From the NCBI RefSeq assembly GCF_009914755.1, contig NC_060928.1: a stretch of DNA of 64,000 nt; one strand, 5' to 3'. The notes under the pieces were generated by a model that saw nothing but the letters and a program-made list of their open reading frames with translations, was not told where the DNA came from and made no database searches. Source of the DNA: the human T2T-CHM13v2.0 reference genome, Homo sapiens. The position numbers were made by a program, and so were the translations under genes. This document shows, piece by piece, positions 12,970 to 26,392 of this stretch; positions within the stretch are counted from its first letter, which is position 1; every line of letters begins with the position of its first letter.

Positions 12970-13115
12970 TGTATTAGTCTGTTCTCATGCTGCTAATAAA
13001 GACATATCTGAGACTGGGTAATTTATAAAGGAAAGAGGGGAGGCCTCACAATCATGGCAGAAGGCAAATGAGGATCAAAGTCCTGTCTTGTAAGGTGGCA
13101 GGGAAGAAAGCATGT
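12970..13115 (-). mobile_element. THE1 (B/C-like) LTR fragment within the L1 5'UTR
   Basis: tgtattagtctgttctcatgctgctaataaagacatatctgagactgggtaatttataaaggaaagagg; truncated and internally deleted. Confidence 0.85.
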
Positions 13116-14459
13116 AGCTAGGATCACAGAGACCCATGGTTGGAATATAAAGCTCCAGAGTTCCTTCACTTACCCCTTCCTTGGGTCTGAGTTCAGGTCC
13201 CTGGACTGTTCTCAGTACTCAGCAACCCTAAACATTCAGCCCTGTTTCCTATTTCTTTAATCACGGTATCTCTCATCACCTTTCTATTGTATTTTAGTGT
13301 TCGGGCTTAGAAAATCTATTTGAAATGCAAAGATTTTTTGGATATTTTTGCTCTTCTCTATGGGAGAGGCACGTCCTAGCTGCATCGAGTTAGCCCTCTT
13401 GAACTTTTCCCTCAGAACCAATATTCCACTAATTTTATGATCATTTATATCACATTTAATTTGCCTAATAGAAAAAATATTATAAAGACATATCCAAATT
13501 AAAATTTAATTCATAGAAAAAGCAGAGGTATTTATATTTAAATGTAAGTGAAGAGGGAAATAGGAAAATCTATGCATTATAAATTATTCACATATTAAAG
13601 ATATGTGAATAATTGAAGTCAATTCTGTGTTATAAGGCCATCTTCAATTGACTTATGATTTAACAGTATCCATTTCAACACAGTGAACTTAATACTTATT
13701 ATATTTATGAACGAGGCTTAAAGTACACTTATTACTAGAAAAACTAATGTTTTACATTATTGTTTTATTGTCCTCTTAACCTCAATTTGTTTTTCTGCAT
13801 TTTATGTGTTTTCTTTTTCAAAAATGTATTTAATATTTGTTCCACGCTGGTTTTCAACCTTGCAACATTATGTTATTCAAAACGCTATGAAGAGGGATAT
13901 GTATATAAATGTCAGAGAAAAAGAAAAAGTAAACTTATTAAAACTATAACTACCATGATTGTGTGTAAAGCAAAAAGTCACATTTTTATTATTTCTATCA
14001 TCAATTAAAAATAAAGTTCTGCGCTTAACTGTAAGTAATTAATGTAACAGTTATTGGATAGTAAATATTACTGGGGATAACTAAGTTATTATCAAAGACG
14101 TTTTCACAATTATATTGATGTTGTAACTCATCTTGAGCAATAGCATGTTTTGTTCTTGTATGTGAAGCCTCATAGTGGAAAAAAAAATGAAAGGTAATTT
14201 TGAGCCTTCTACATTGTCCTTAGAAATATATGCCATCTAACTGTGATGATAATATATATATCTATTACAAATGCCCATAGTTTTCTAATTAGGTACACAC
14301 TGATTCTCTTCTAAATTAAAAACACACACACACATGCATATTCACACATACACACACACAGAAAACAACTAGATATCATTAAAAAGGATTTACACATGAA
14401 TTAAACTGTGATTACTCTAAGTTGTTAGACATTACATTTTAGAAAATCACATTTTGAAA

Positions 14460-15200
14460 AGTTAGGAATCTAGTTTTATAACGTTCAAATCATTAATTCA
14501 CTAGTCCATATTTGTATATGGTGATGGGTCAGGATCCATGTTCAGTTTTTTCCATAAAGTAAATAATTTTTAACACTATCTGAAATCATTTATTCTCCTC
14601 CCATTGATTTGTCATGCTACCCTTTATCACATATAGACAACTTTAGGTTGGAGTTAATATTCTGTTTTATTATTTTTATTTCTTCACACAAAACCTTTAT
14701 TAATGCAATGTTTTGGCTTTGGGCTACATATGTATACACATTTAAGATGTGTACGTATGTAGTGTATGTGTTGGCTTAGCTATAAATACAGCCATGTATT
14801 TATCACTGTAAGACAAATATTTTTTATCCTACTTAAAAAAATCAACAGCTATTTATTGATGTCGTTTGTCTCTATATATATATTAGAATAATTTTATGTT
14901 TATAAAACAGTCAAATATTATGGGATATTTTCCCGTGTATTCAATGACTTTCCCATATACATTTTTAATTGTAAATATTTTATTGTAGAAATATTTTTCA
15001 TTATTGCTTTAAAAAATTTCAAGAATGAACACTTGTATTGTCCCTTATTTTTTCTACATTTTCTAATTGGTTGTTATATGCAGAAAATCACTACTTATTT
15101 CTGTAGTTTGAACTTGCGTCTAGCATTTGTGCTCCACTCTGTAGTTTACTTTTTCATTCAGTTGCTTTTCTAAATTGATAACTGTCGTCTATAAATAATG
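14460..15200 (-). mobile_element. Highly diverged L1M (L1ME-like) ORF2 fragments
   Basis: atttgtatatggtgatgggtcaggatcca, cccattgatttgtcatgctaccctttatca and ctataaataatgacagta resemble antisense old L1 ORF2. Confidence 0.5.
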
Positions 15201-15508
15201 ACAGTATTTTTCATAGATAGGAAAAGTGGTCTGTTTTTCTTCTGAAAAATTATCTAAGCTACTTACTAAATTCTGTAGTAAGTCAATATATACTATATGC
15301 ATATATTACATATTTATATATTATTATTCTATTTTCATAACTTTACTAAAAGTTTATAATCTTCTTTAAAGATTTATAATGCTCCTCATATATTCCACTG
15401 ATTCTTAAAATACACACTGTTACATATTTTTTTTTCAGTAACCTTTCTAACTCTATTAGTTTTCTTGGTAATGAGGGAAAAAGTGGCTTAATCCAATAAA
15501 ATAAATCA

Positions 15509-15889
<381 letters not shown>

Positions 15890-16004
15890 TATATATAAAT
15901 ATAAATAAGGCCTTCTTCATTTCCTTCTTTGGGTTATTAAGGTACTATTTATGTAAACAATGAATATTGGCTTGTGTAAATGCAACAAAAATATGACCTT
16001 CATT

Positions 16005-16180
16005 GAGTGCTATTTCAGGGTTCCCCAAGAGTATCTTCAGGTTTTATGATTCATTAGAAGGATTCTCTAGACTCCGAAGAGCTATTGTACTATCAGTTAT
16101 GTTTTATTGCAGAGAAAGAATACAGATTAAAATCAGTAATCAGAAAAGGCACATGGAACAAAGCCCAGGAGAAACCAGTT
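16005..16180 (-). mobile_element. MER21-family LTR fragment
   Basis: ggggttccccaagagtatcttcaggttttatgattcattagaagga...gttttattgcagagaaagaatacagattaaaatcag is the reverse complement of the same family as 1-395. Confidence 0.7.
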
Positions 16181-17209
16181 CTGTCAGCAACAAAGATTGC
16201 TCCCTGGCATTTGGGCCTCCAACACTACAATTTACACAGCACCAATGCAACTTCACATTTCTGTATCGATTCCACTGATCACTGTTGATATATGTTTATA
16301 TGAACATGTATTTTTGCACATAATTACATATAAATGCTTCTGTCATATGTAGTTCATGTAACCATGAACTAAGATTAGTATATTCATTATATTCATTCTA
16401 ATATGTTAATAATAATTCTTAATATATTTGTAATATATTTTCTGATAATGGAATCTGTCTATATGCAAAATTTGCTTGTTGTTATGTAGTAAATATACAT
16501 TGGGGTATGCCTACAGCATATGTGTGTATATTTTGTCCAGTTAAACTTTATTTTTAAATTATATTTTACGTGCTACAGAAAGATATCATAGAAATGCCTG
16601 TCTCTTTTTCAAGAAACTATTTCTACCAAAACAGTGAAAATGTGCTAATAATTAGAAATAATAAATGTCTTCTATTTGAGACTCTTTTGCCTTTCTTTAA
16701 CTGAAATTGTCTTTTAGAAAAGCTATTACTTATGGATTATTTTCATGGAAACACATATTTATTTCTTTTATTCCTTTAACTTAATGAGATTAGTTATAAT
16801 GCTCCAAAATACATGAAAAAATAATGATTTCAAAATATGTTTTGCACAGTACCAAATGTTAAAATAGATTTGAAGTATGATGGCTACCTAATATTTTAAG
16901 TACTTATGCTCCTGTTTTAATATTTTATTTACAAATAAAACATAGTCAATACTTGATGTATTAATATATTAGAAATAGTTCTATCCAAAACTATGGCCAA
17001 AGTAGGCACCACACCTGTTTTTATGGAAAGTATAATAAAGGGATACACATTAAACTAACAATTCTAAAATTATTTCTATCAATGATAAAGAGTATGAAGG
17101 AAATCTATCACCTGCTCTATAAATACAGTTTGGGGAACCCTTCCCCCCGTTTGGTAGATTACTAAGATTTCCCAAATCACTCACTGTTTCATCTCCGACA
17201 CCACACCTT

Positions 17210-17645
17210 TTCTAGATGCTCTTCTTTCTCCCAATTATTGAACCCAGAAAACTCCCATATAATATTTTTCAACTTCTGCTTTTGATTTCATCTAACTTTT
17301 TAGGTAATGTTATCCTATCTTATAATTTAAATCATATTTTCTATGCTGATAAAACCTGCATTTATATTTTGATTCATATGCCTCAACCACTATATTCAAC
17401 TATCTCTTTGAAACTTTTTTAAAAATCTCATATTTAATATATCCCAAACAGAAAACTTATCCCTATACCCAAATTCTAGAAGAATTTGTTTACCGATAGG
17501 TTGTTTACTGATTAGATGTTAAGTATAAGGAAAAAGAAGTCAAGAATAACACTAGTGATTTTGGCTTATGCATCTATGTGAATGGGGATTCCTATTTTAC
17601 TGAGATTGAATTTGGGTATAGGGATAACCCAAATTGTTCTAGAAT
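17210..17645 (+). mobile_element. L2 fragment whose distal ~130 bp is inverted
   Basis: Sense L2 motifs to 17476 (ctatgctgataaaac, tatattcaactatct, aatctcatatttaatatatcccaaacagaa); 17477-17607 is the expected L2 continuation on the opposite strand. Confidence 0.7.
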
Positions 17646-17656
17646 GACCTTTAAAA

Positions 17657-17815
17657 ATTAGGAGATATACCTAATGCTAAATGACAAGTTAAAGGGTGCA
17701 GCACACCAACATGGCACATGTATATATATGTAACAAAACTGCACGTTGTGCACATGTACCCTAAAACTTGAAGTATAATAATAATAAAATTTAAAAAAAA
17801 ATAATAAAATAAAAA
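17657..17815 (+). mobile_element. Short 5'-truncated young L1PA (L1PA3-like) 3' end with A-rich tail
   Basis: attaggagatatacctaatgctaaatgac...gcacatgtaccctaaaacttgaagtataat followed by A-rich tail. Confidence 0.95.
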
Positions 17816-18063
17816 CAAAGTTGAACAGGTTAGCATTTGAAACAAGTACATGGGGAGCATTATAAAGGGGCTCATTTAGGAATTAGCTACCTGCAGAACA
17901 TCTTCATGTCAGAAAGATTCCTCGAACTCCCCCTGAACTTTCACAGAAGCATAATGGGACTCACAGCAATACTAATCCTTAGTGGCAATCCTAAATACAT
18001 GGACCTACTTTCTCCCATATCACTATATGTGACATTCTGCAGACTGTGCACACTCACGTGTGC

Positions 18064-18103
18064 ACGCACACACACAAGCACACACACACACACACACACA
18101 CAC
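18064..18103. repeat. (CA)n microsatellite
   Basis: Directly visible. Confidence 0.9.
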
Positions 18104-18989
18104 TTTGGGTGAAAGATGCACTATTAGTTAAAGCAAAAAAAATCATAAAATGTGCAATTGTATTGGGTTTGTAAAAGAAGAATACCTTATTAATTACCAT
18201 GATTGACATTGAAATGACCAAAAAAATTCAACAGTAGAAAAAGAAGAAAAATAGGGAAACATGATTTTTTCACTATATTTGCCTTAATTAGAGGAGTGAC
18301 TTTTTCCAAGCGCATAATCATACTCTCTTTGGGGTGGTGGCATATAAGTAGATTGAGTTTAGACAGGGCTTTTTCTAACTCTGAAGGCATCTCATAGTTC
18401 CTGACACACACTTAGGTGTGCCTCTCTTCTTGAGAGTTACCAAGTATAATAAAGGCATTACTAACACTTGCTTTTTGTGCCTGAGGGGAGTGTAGAGACA
18501 TTTTTTTTAAAAAAGGAAAATCTCCTGGGAAATATTATAATATCACAAAATTCACCTCTGTGAAGAAATGTCTTTGGTTGGATGATTCTCAAGGAAATAT
18601 GGATGGAAGAACAGAGGCAGAGAAAGAGCAGGGATCGGGGGTGGAAAAAAATAAAAATAAAATAAAAAATAAAAATAAAATTATCTTCACCACCCCCGCC
18701 ACTCCATGCTAGTCCAAGTCACATCATCTTTGATTTATGCAACAGCAGTAGCCTTAACACTTGGTCTCATTGTGTAAGGTCACTAGACCCCCTCAATTCT
18801 ACCCTCCACTGAATGACTAGAATTGTATTTTGAACCTACCTGAACAAAATGAAAAGACTTTAGCTGGGTTTACCAACATTTATATGAAATTACTCTTTGG
18901 TTGCTAACTTTTCAACTTTTTTTTTCAAATTACTCTTTTCCTAATATACTCTGCCTCACTAAATAACTATTTTATTCATCAAATATTCT

Positions 18990-19080
18990 GTCTTTGTCAC
19001 GTCACTGCAGGCTGCCACAACAAAGTATCATAAACTAGATGGCTTAACAAACAAGAATGCATTTTCTCACAGGACTGAAG
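18990..19080 (-). mobile_element. MLT1 LTR terminal fragment
   Basis: ggctgccacaacaaagtatcataaactagatggcttaacaaacaagaatgcattttctcacag. Confidence 0.7.
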
Positions 19081-20329
19081 TATTTTCATGCTCTTCCCTT
19101 TCTAAAACAAAACAACAAAAAAAGAAATGTGCCTGCTTAAAAAAATCATGGAAGCTTGATTATATACTTCACACTCTCATGAACTTAACTACAAAATACA
19201 GCATTTTCTTTAGAATGAAATAAAATTTAGAGATTATTTAGTCCATGCCATCTTTACTAATGCAGTATTTTTTTTTGCAATTTTTAAATCCAATTCATAG
19301 ATGTAGTCTCACATTAAACACACTTAGCACTTAACAAGAGAGAATGCATTGAATGTCTAATGCTTTCTTTGACACAAGAAATGCAAACAAATCTTGCATA
19401 CTCACTTTAAGAATTAATCCTTTATTATAGTCATATATATAAACTCTGGGGCAATTAAGATCATAAAAGTTGTTTTATTGTTGGCAATTAATCTCTTCAG
19501 CAGTTTTTTTTTAACTTGGCATCTATTACAAAAGAAATTCTCAGTTTTGCATTAAATATACACCAAAAATTTACCCCTTAAGTTTAGTTTACAAGTGTTT
19601 TTAATTCCAAGATTGTCTCTTTTACCTTTAGAAGTCTGTGTTAGTAAAACTATAGAGTCATGTTCCAGGAAACAAATGAATTAATAGAAATTCCAACAAA
19701 AGCCATCAAAGCTGTATGGAGGTGACAAATTGACTCAGAGACTCAACAGTGGTTATACATTATTACATTTTTATTTTAATTACTGATAGTTCCTTTGAGA
19801 TTGCCACATAAAGGGAGAAATGTTTCCTCTTGTTGAGTGCCTAGAGGACTCATAAATAATGCACACATATTTGCCAGTTAGTACCTGCATTTTAATCAGT
19901 CTTCTGCCGTCATATAGTAATGCATTTATACATCTGTTATGTGATTTAATTATTAGTAGCATCCCAATGAGTAATGAGCATATAAAATTATAATACCTGT
20001 AATGTAAAAATTGAAAGTTTAAAGAATTTTTTTTCTCTTTTATAGATGACTGCAATACCACTTTAAAAATGTTGAGTGTAAATACAAGAATTAAGTATTT
20101 TCTTTATATATTAATCTATGTAGAACTTATGGTGGGCCATTAATGTTAGAAATGAGAATACAAATATTAAACTCAAGATCATGCACCTCTTAATTAAATA
20201 GTCATATTAAAATGCAATCATTTGGCTGAGATTAAAAGTCACATACTTACAGAAATATGACATTATTTATTAGGGAATGATAGTTCCTTTAAATTAATTA
20301 TATACACTTGTTTATAAATATTTATCATA

Positions 20330-20829
<500 letters not shown>

Positions 20830-21589
20830 TTAAATTTTCTTAATTACAAAAAGAAATTTTATAACTGTTAACAAATTTAAACAAGAGACCAGTGAGCAAA
20901 TAATACTTAAAAATCTCCCTAACCCCAATTTTACTATCTGGAGTAAACAATGCCCTGCCCTCCCCTGACCACCCAAAAAAACGTAACTTTTTCTAATTGG
21001 CTATTCAACCTCTGTCATCCTTCAGTCTCTGAATGTATTCAAAGTGATTCCAGCACGCTTTAGATAGATGGAAATTTTATGTTCTTAAAATTTGTGTAGA
21101 GATAAACCATTAAAGATGTCTGAATCTCACGTCTTTTTTTCCTTTGGAATATCTGACGCTTTAACATTTCATAAACATAATAAACTAAAGATAATTGGTT
21201 TATTAAAGTTTTATTAACCAGTTTTGATTTAGTTTTTCAGGAAAATATCTTTCTTTTTTTTTTTTCTTTTCTTTTTTTTTTTCTTAAGACCAGGTTGGGC
21301 CTACAGGAAATACAATAGGCTGATCATATAACTTAGTAAAATGTCCTGGCTTTGTCAAGTCCTGGATTTTTAACTATTTCAATCTCCCACACTGTTGCCC
21401 ATTTTTCTCACAACACACAAACTTTTCTTCAAAATTCTCATTATCAGATGTTTATGAAGACATAAATCTGATCAATTTTTCTCTTTTCTCTTTCACTTTA
21501 CTCTTACATATGAAAGATATAATGCAAGAAAAATAATTTCTGCATTTTCACTTGACCTACAGTATTAAGGACAAATGGAAAAAGGTAGT

Positions 21590-21785
21590 ATTGGAACAAA
21601 CTGGTGACTACCTGTCCTGTTCAAAGTGTGTAGCAACTACTCAGCTCCATGGAAGAATGCTATTCTAGTTTTGTTGAATTTTCCATATTTTTACAAGAAG
21701 CTAGAAATCTTTATTTTGATGTGAACTCAATTAGTGTTTACTTTGGCAACAATTATAATTTATTTAAAACATTACTCATCTATAA
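21590..21785 (+). mobile_element. MER103C-like DNA transposon fossil
   Basis: atttttacaagaagctagaaatctttattttgatgtgaactc...ttggcaacaattat resembles recalled MER103C; strand uncertain. Confidence 0.55.
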
Positions 21786-22606
21786 CAAGTACAAAATTAG
21801 ATAGTGAGTGTTTATCTCGATTTTTAAGTTTATTACATGAATAGTTTTTCACAGTAGTTTCAAATACATATATTTTTTAATCTTCATTGTTTGCATCAAT
21901 ATAAAATCTATGGTATTCCCAATATATCTTAGTTTTTTATATAATTTTGTTTTAATTTTTAAATTGGTCAGAATTTCAAAGAAAAGTATCTGAATTTTCT
22001 TAATTATTTTTATACATGAAATCTAATATTTCATATATTCTTATTTTTATGTATGAAATATACTTATTTTGAAATTTACATTGTAATTTTTTGCAATTAT
22101 CTTCCTTAATCTTTTTCTTTAAAAAGTAAGTGACATTATTCCACTTTTACTGTAATGGACTAGTTGGTAGAAAACCAATGCTCTTGCAAATAATGAGTGA
22201 AATTGCTGGCAATAATATAACTAAAACAAAATAACTTCTTTGAAGCATTGGAGAACTTTTGAGGAAGCTATAATTTAATGGAACCAAAATCCATTAGAAA
22301 ACAAATGCATGTTTAAATATACATGCCAGTTTTGTTTTGGCTCCACGTGTCAATTTTTAAGCTGCAGAGAAAAGAGGCTGTGAAGTCAGGTGGAGAGCTG
22401 CCAATAGGAAGCAAATAATTCAAATGAGCTCTCAGCAATAATATGGCCCTAAGCAGGAAAATAAAATCAGACTTGCCAAAGTAGACATTGATGGCCTAGA
22501 TCTCAGTGATATGGAAGCACAGGGGAGATGTGGCAGACTTATTACTCTGATTAATCTTTCTCTTAAAGATGTGCAAAGCTAGGCATTAGTATTCTGAAAA
22601 GATGTC

Positions 22607-23140
22607 AGACTTCTGCTTCCAGGAAGGTAAAGTAGACATCCTTTTCTCAATTATTCCAGCTATGGGCTTCTAAAAGCCCTGGAATTACATATTAAAACAA
22701 ATTTATAAAGATTTTGAAAAGGTGGACAGAAGGCTAACCAGCAAAGGACCTCGGAGCCTAAGAATTAATGCAGTAGTGAATTCTTCGGGTTTGCTTTTGG
22801 CCTCATCTACCCCAGACTTAGAGCAGAAGAGTCCTGCAAAGCAGAAATGAAAACAGGGCAGACAAAAATGCCCCAACAAAAGTCTGCCCTCTCTAACCAA
22901 GACAGGAACATGGAAAACCACCAAGACAGAACACTGTTAGACAGTAAATGCTAAACACTACATAAAAACAAATTCTGGCCCCACACTCCCCCATGCCAGC
23001 AAAAGCTGGTATGAAAGCCAAGACTTCCACCTTCAAACTGTGAGAAGGTATCCCACATGCTGCTTGGGAGCTGCCACAGAAAGTTCAGCAGGGAGCCAGG
23101 AAGTTGAGGCTTTCCTCCCCTCAGGCAGTAACAAAGCGAT
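22607..23140 (+). mobile_element. Old L1M 5'UTR fragment
   Basis: gacttctgcttccaggaaggtaaagtagac start; gcagacaaaaatgccccaacaaaagtctgccctctcta. Confidence 0.6.
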
Positions 23141-23194
23141 AAAATAATGGTTTCCTTAAAAGATGTGATTCTAGTTCAAATGTATATACATTAG

Positions 23195-23690
23195 GGAAAA
23201 AATTTCACCCTGACCTCTACCACAGATATGGCATCAATTCTAAATAGATGACTCAAATATGAAAGGTAAAAACATAAAGTTTTTAGAAATAAACATAGGT
23301 CAATATCTTTATTAATTTTGAGGGGTAAGAAATACATTAAACAAAACATTAAGTATACTAACCATAAAGGAAACATTTGGTAAATTGAGCTACATGAAAA
23401 TGAAGAACTTATATCATCAAAAATGACCACTAAAAGACTGATTTCACAAGCCACAGAGTGGAAGAAAGTCAATATGGTACCTATATCTGATAAGAAATTC
23501 CATGTAGAATATATAAATAACCAAAATAAATCAATAAGAGAAAGAGCAACAACACAGTGGGAAAATAGTGCAAAGTCTTCATCAGATATTTTTTAATGAT
23601 ATATACAAAAATCCAATAAAAGTACATAATTTTATCAATAATCAGAAAAAGGAAAATGTAAACCAAGATGCAATAATAATGCTGAGAGGA
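23195..23690 (+). mobile_element. L1ME-like ORF2 3' fragment
   Basis: aaaggtaaaaacataaagtttttagaaataaacatagg; caagccacagagtggaagaaa; atatctgataagaaattc. Confidence 0.7.
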
Positions 23691-23909
23691 AAATTTTAAT
23701 TGTAGGTCTGCGTTCATCATTTCAGTTTCAATAATGCAGTTTTTCACCATCTCAATACAGTTATTAGTTTAATTTTATTACATAATATATCAAAAAAGTA
23801 TAAAAGTATACCAGATCTAAGACAAATAAATACTTAATTATCAAGATTGTTTACTGAGTAAAAATAAGAGTTTTGACTGAGAAGCAGCTGCAGTAAAGAA
23901 TACAAAATA

Positions 23910-24052
23910 TGCTAGGCACGGTGACTTATTCATATAATCCCAGCACTTTCGGAGGTTGAGGTGGGTGGACCTCTTGAGGACAGGAGTTCGAGACCAGCCT
24001 GGCCAACATGGTGAAACCCCATCTCTGCTAAAAATTCAAAAATCCAGCTACT
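23910..24052 (+). mobile_element. Partial Alu (left arm plus a few bases of right arm)
   Basis: gctaggcacggtgac...aaaaattcaaaaatccagctact, then lost. Confidence 0.9.
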
Positions 24053-24708
24053 TAAAATAATTATGTGACACTAAGAAGCACATAAAATTAATAAAATTAT
24101 TCCAGATTATGTAAATAATGAAGTTACTCCAGAAATAAAGCTTTCTAAGACAAGAGGAAGAGAACTGTCTTGCAGATTTTGAGGATTCAGAAGCTGGTGC
24201 ATGTTATTTCTTAGTTACATTTTTCCATGATCACATTCCTTTTCTATCTGAACCTTGACTTTAACATGTAAAGGTTTGTGGCTTTAGACTTTATAAGTTC
24301 CGCATATTTGAACTCCTGTGCAACTTTATACTTATGATTAAATGATGGGTCTGATTTTTATAATAGTCTCCCTTGTAGCTTTAGAAGATAAGGATCTCTA
24401 AATGTTTTCTTTCACAGGGCACTTTTGATTTCACAGCATAAACTGAGTTTAGATTTTCAGAACTGAGTCTATTATTTCTTAAGTCTTTTAATGTAGTTAA
24501 TAAAACCCCACTTACTCATCAATTATATAACTACATTTATGCCTATTAGATTCAAATATTAGGGATATTACATTATCCATTGTTTCCTCTTTTACTTCTA
24601 CCTCTTGCCAATCCATCACTGTTTAGAGACTTAGTAAGTGTTACGTAGAAGCATGCCAATGTTTTACCTTTTTACTTTCCACCAGCAATAAAGTCCTAAT
24701 AGTGGTTT

Positions 24709-25308
24709 TGTTGCAATCTCCTTACTCCTTAGTTTAGCGAGGTCCAAGTTCTTGTCCCATGACCAAGAATTAGGCATGCAAACACTGGAGAGTAAGGCAG
24801 AGTAGGGTTTATTACATGACAGAAAAGTTCTCAGCAGCAAGAGGGGACCCAAAGAGGGTTGCCAAAAATGGGCCTGAGTTCTGGGTCTTTTATGTGGCAG
24901 AAACATGGAAGTCTTCTGTGGGTTTGCCCTAATGGGAGGGGTAAAGTTCACCCCCTGGGGGTGTTGCATCTGGGCATTCCTGGGGTTGGCCATAGTGCCT
25001 CCATCTTGGATATTACCCATGAGTGCTTAATCAAAACCCGTGGGGGTTAAAAACACAATGCTAATTGCGTCATGATGAGTTCAGGGTCATTTTACAATGC
25101 GCTTGGTCCTTGTCTGTACCTGTGGGGTGGCTGGAAAATCCATTCTGAGAAAGTATCTTGGTATTGTGTAAGAGGAAGCTCTTAACCACATTTCCTCCTG
25201 CTAGCTACATAACAGGGATGGTGCAGGTGGGGTCCCGCAGGTATTGTCTGTCTTCCAAGACCCTCCCTCTCTATCTGCCTAACCACCCACCACCTGCCTC
25301 CTCTCTCA
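24709..25308 (-). mobile_element. ERV1-class solo LTR, 600 bp (subfamily not assigned)
   Basis: TG...CA termini, perfect 4-bp TSD gttt (24705-24708 / 25309-25312), minus-strand AATAAA near 24808 and ATAAAA near 24888, GC-richer than flanks. Confidence 0.85.
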
Positions 25309-26079
25309 GTTTGATCTTTGCGTTATCAAGTTCCAGATTCTATTTCAGTGGGTCTGCTTTCAGTGACCATTTCAGACAGCAATTATCTTATGCTATATTC
25401 CTTAAAAGCAGAATTTTAGATAACTTTTATGTACTTAATATTTTGTATTTAAGCATTATTACTTAAATACAAAATATTTGTATATAATACAAATAAAAAA
25501 TGATATTTAAATGCATTTAGGTAATATTACTTAAATACAAAATTAAGTATTACATACTTAATTTTGTATCAATAATTCTATTGACATAAATTTAAACAAT
25601 TTTAAAGAAACAATATCGAGTGAGGCAGAAAACTGATACAGATAAGAGGAAATAGCCCACATAATGGTACATAATCAAGGCTGGTGCTATAGGTGACAGG
25701 GGCTCAATGATTGGACCTCTAAGAATTTCATCAGGAGTTCCTTAGAATTTTTCCACTTACAGATGGAAAGCTGGCTCATGTTTTATCTATCTCAAGTTCT
25801 CCAATTTTGAGAAATACAGTGGGAGGGGCAGGATTTACTTTTCTGTACTTTTGTGCTTCACTTGCCCAGAGGGAAAAATAGCATACTTGATGATAGAGAA
25901 TGCTTTTGTATAGAATGTGGAAAGATGCCTAGCATTAGCTGAGACATAGTCAACGAGAGGAGAATCAGATATTTTGTTCACACCGGCAGCTCAAATCAAA
26001 GAGTGAGGAACATAATACTGGCCACTGGAGAACCTGGCAGCATCATCAATTCAGGCATAATACCATAAAGAAATTAGGA

Positions 26080-26392
26080 AGCCAGGCGTGGTGGCTCACG
26101 CCTATAATCCCAGCACTTTGGAAGGCCAAGGCAAGTGCATCACCTGAGGTCGGGAGTTCGAGGCCAGCCTGACCAACATGGAGAAAGCCTGTCTCTACTA
26201 AAAATACAAAATTAGCCAGGCGTGGTGTCTGGTGCCTGTAATCCCTGCTACTCGGGAGGCTGAAGCAAGAGAATCGCTTGAACTCAGGAGGTAGAGGTAG
26301 CGGTGAGCCGGGATCATTCCATTGCACTTCAGCCTGGCCAATAAGAATGAAACTCTGTTTCAAAAAAAAAAAAAGAAAGAAAGAAAAAGAAA
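26080..26392 (+). mobile_element. AluSp
   Basis: Diagnostic gtcgggag and ctgaccaacatggagaaa; degenerate TSD aagaaattagga / aagaaatatgga. Confidence 0.92.

Larger units (their letters stand above)
5941..13419 (-). mobile_element. Full-length decayed LINE-1 (L1PB-like), interrupted by MSTA and THE1 LTR sequence
   Basis: T-rich tail and L1PB 3'UTR at 5941; ORF2 C-terminal peptide remnants (MQIKTTMGYHFTSVRMAIIKK); ORF1 remnants about 10900-11750; GC-richer 5'UTR ending in the reverse complement of ...aagagggctaactcgatgcagctagg; degenerate TSD aatcctccactaata (5926-5940) / aatattccactaatt (13420-13434). Confidence 0.9.

Noticed and set aside
12331-13021. GC-richer segment with several ORFs, possible exon or promoter
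   Set aside because: Lies within the antisense L1 5'UTR, is CpG-depleted and has no recognisable protein similarity.
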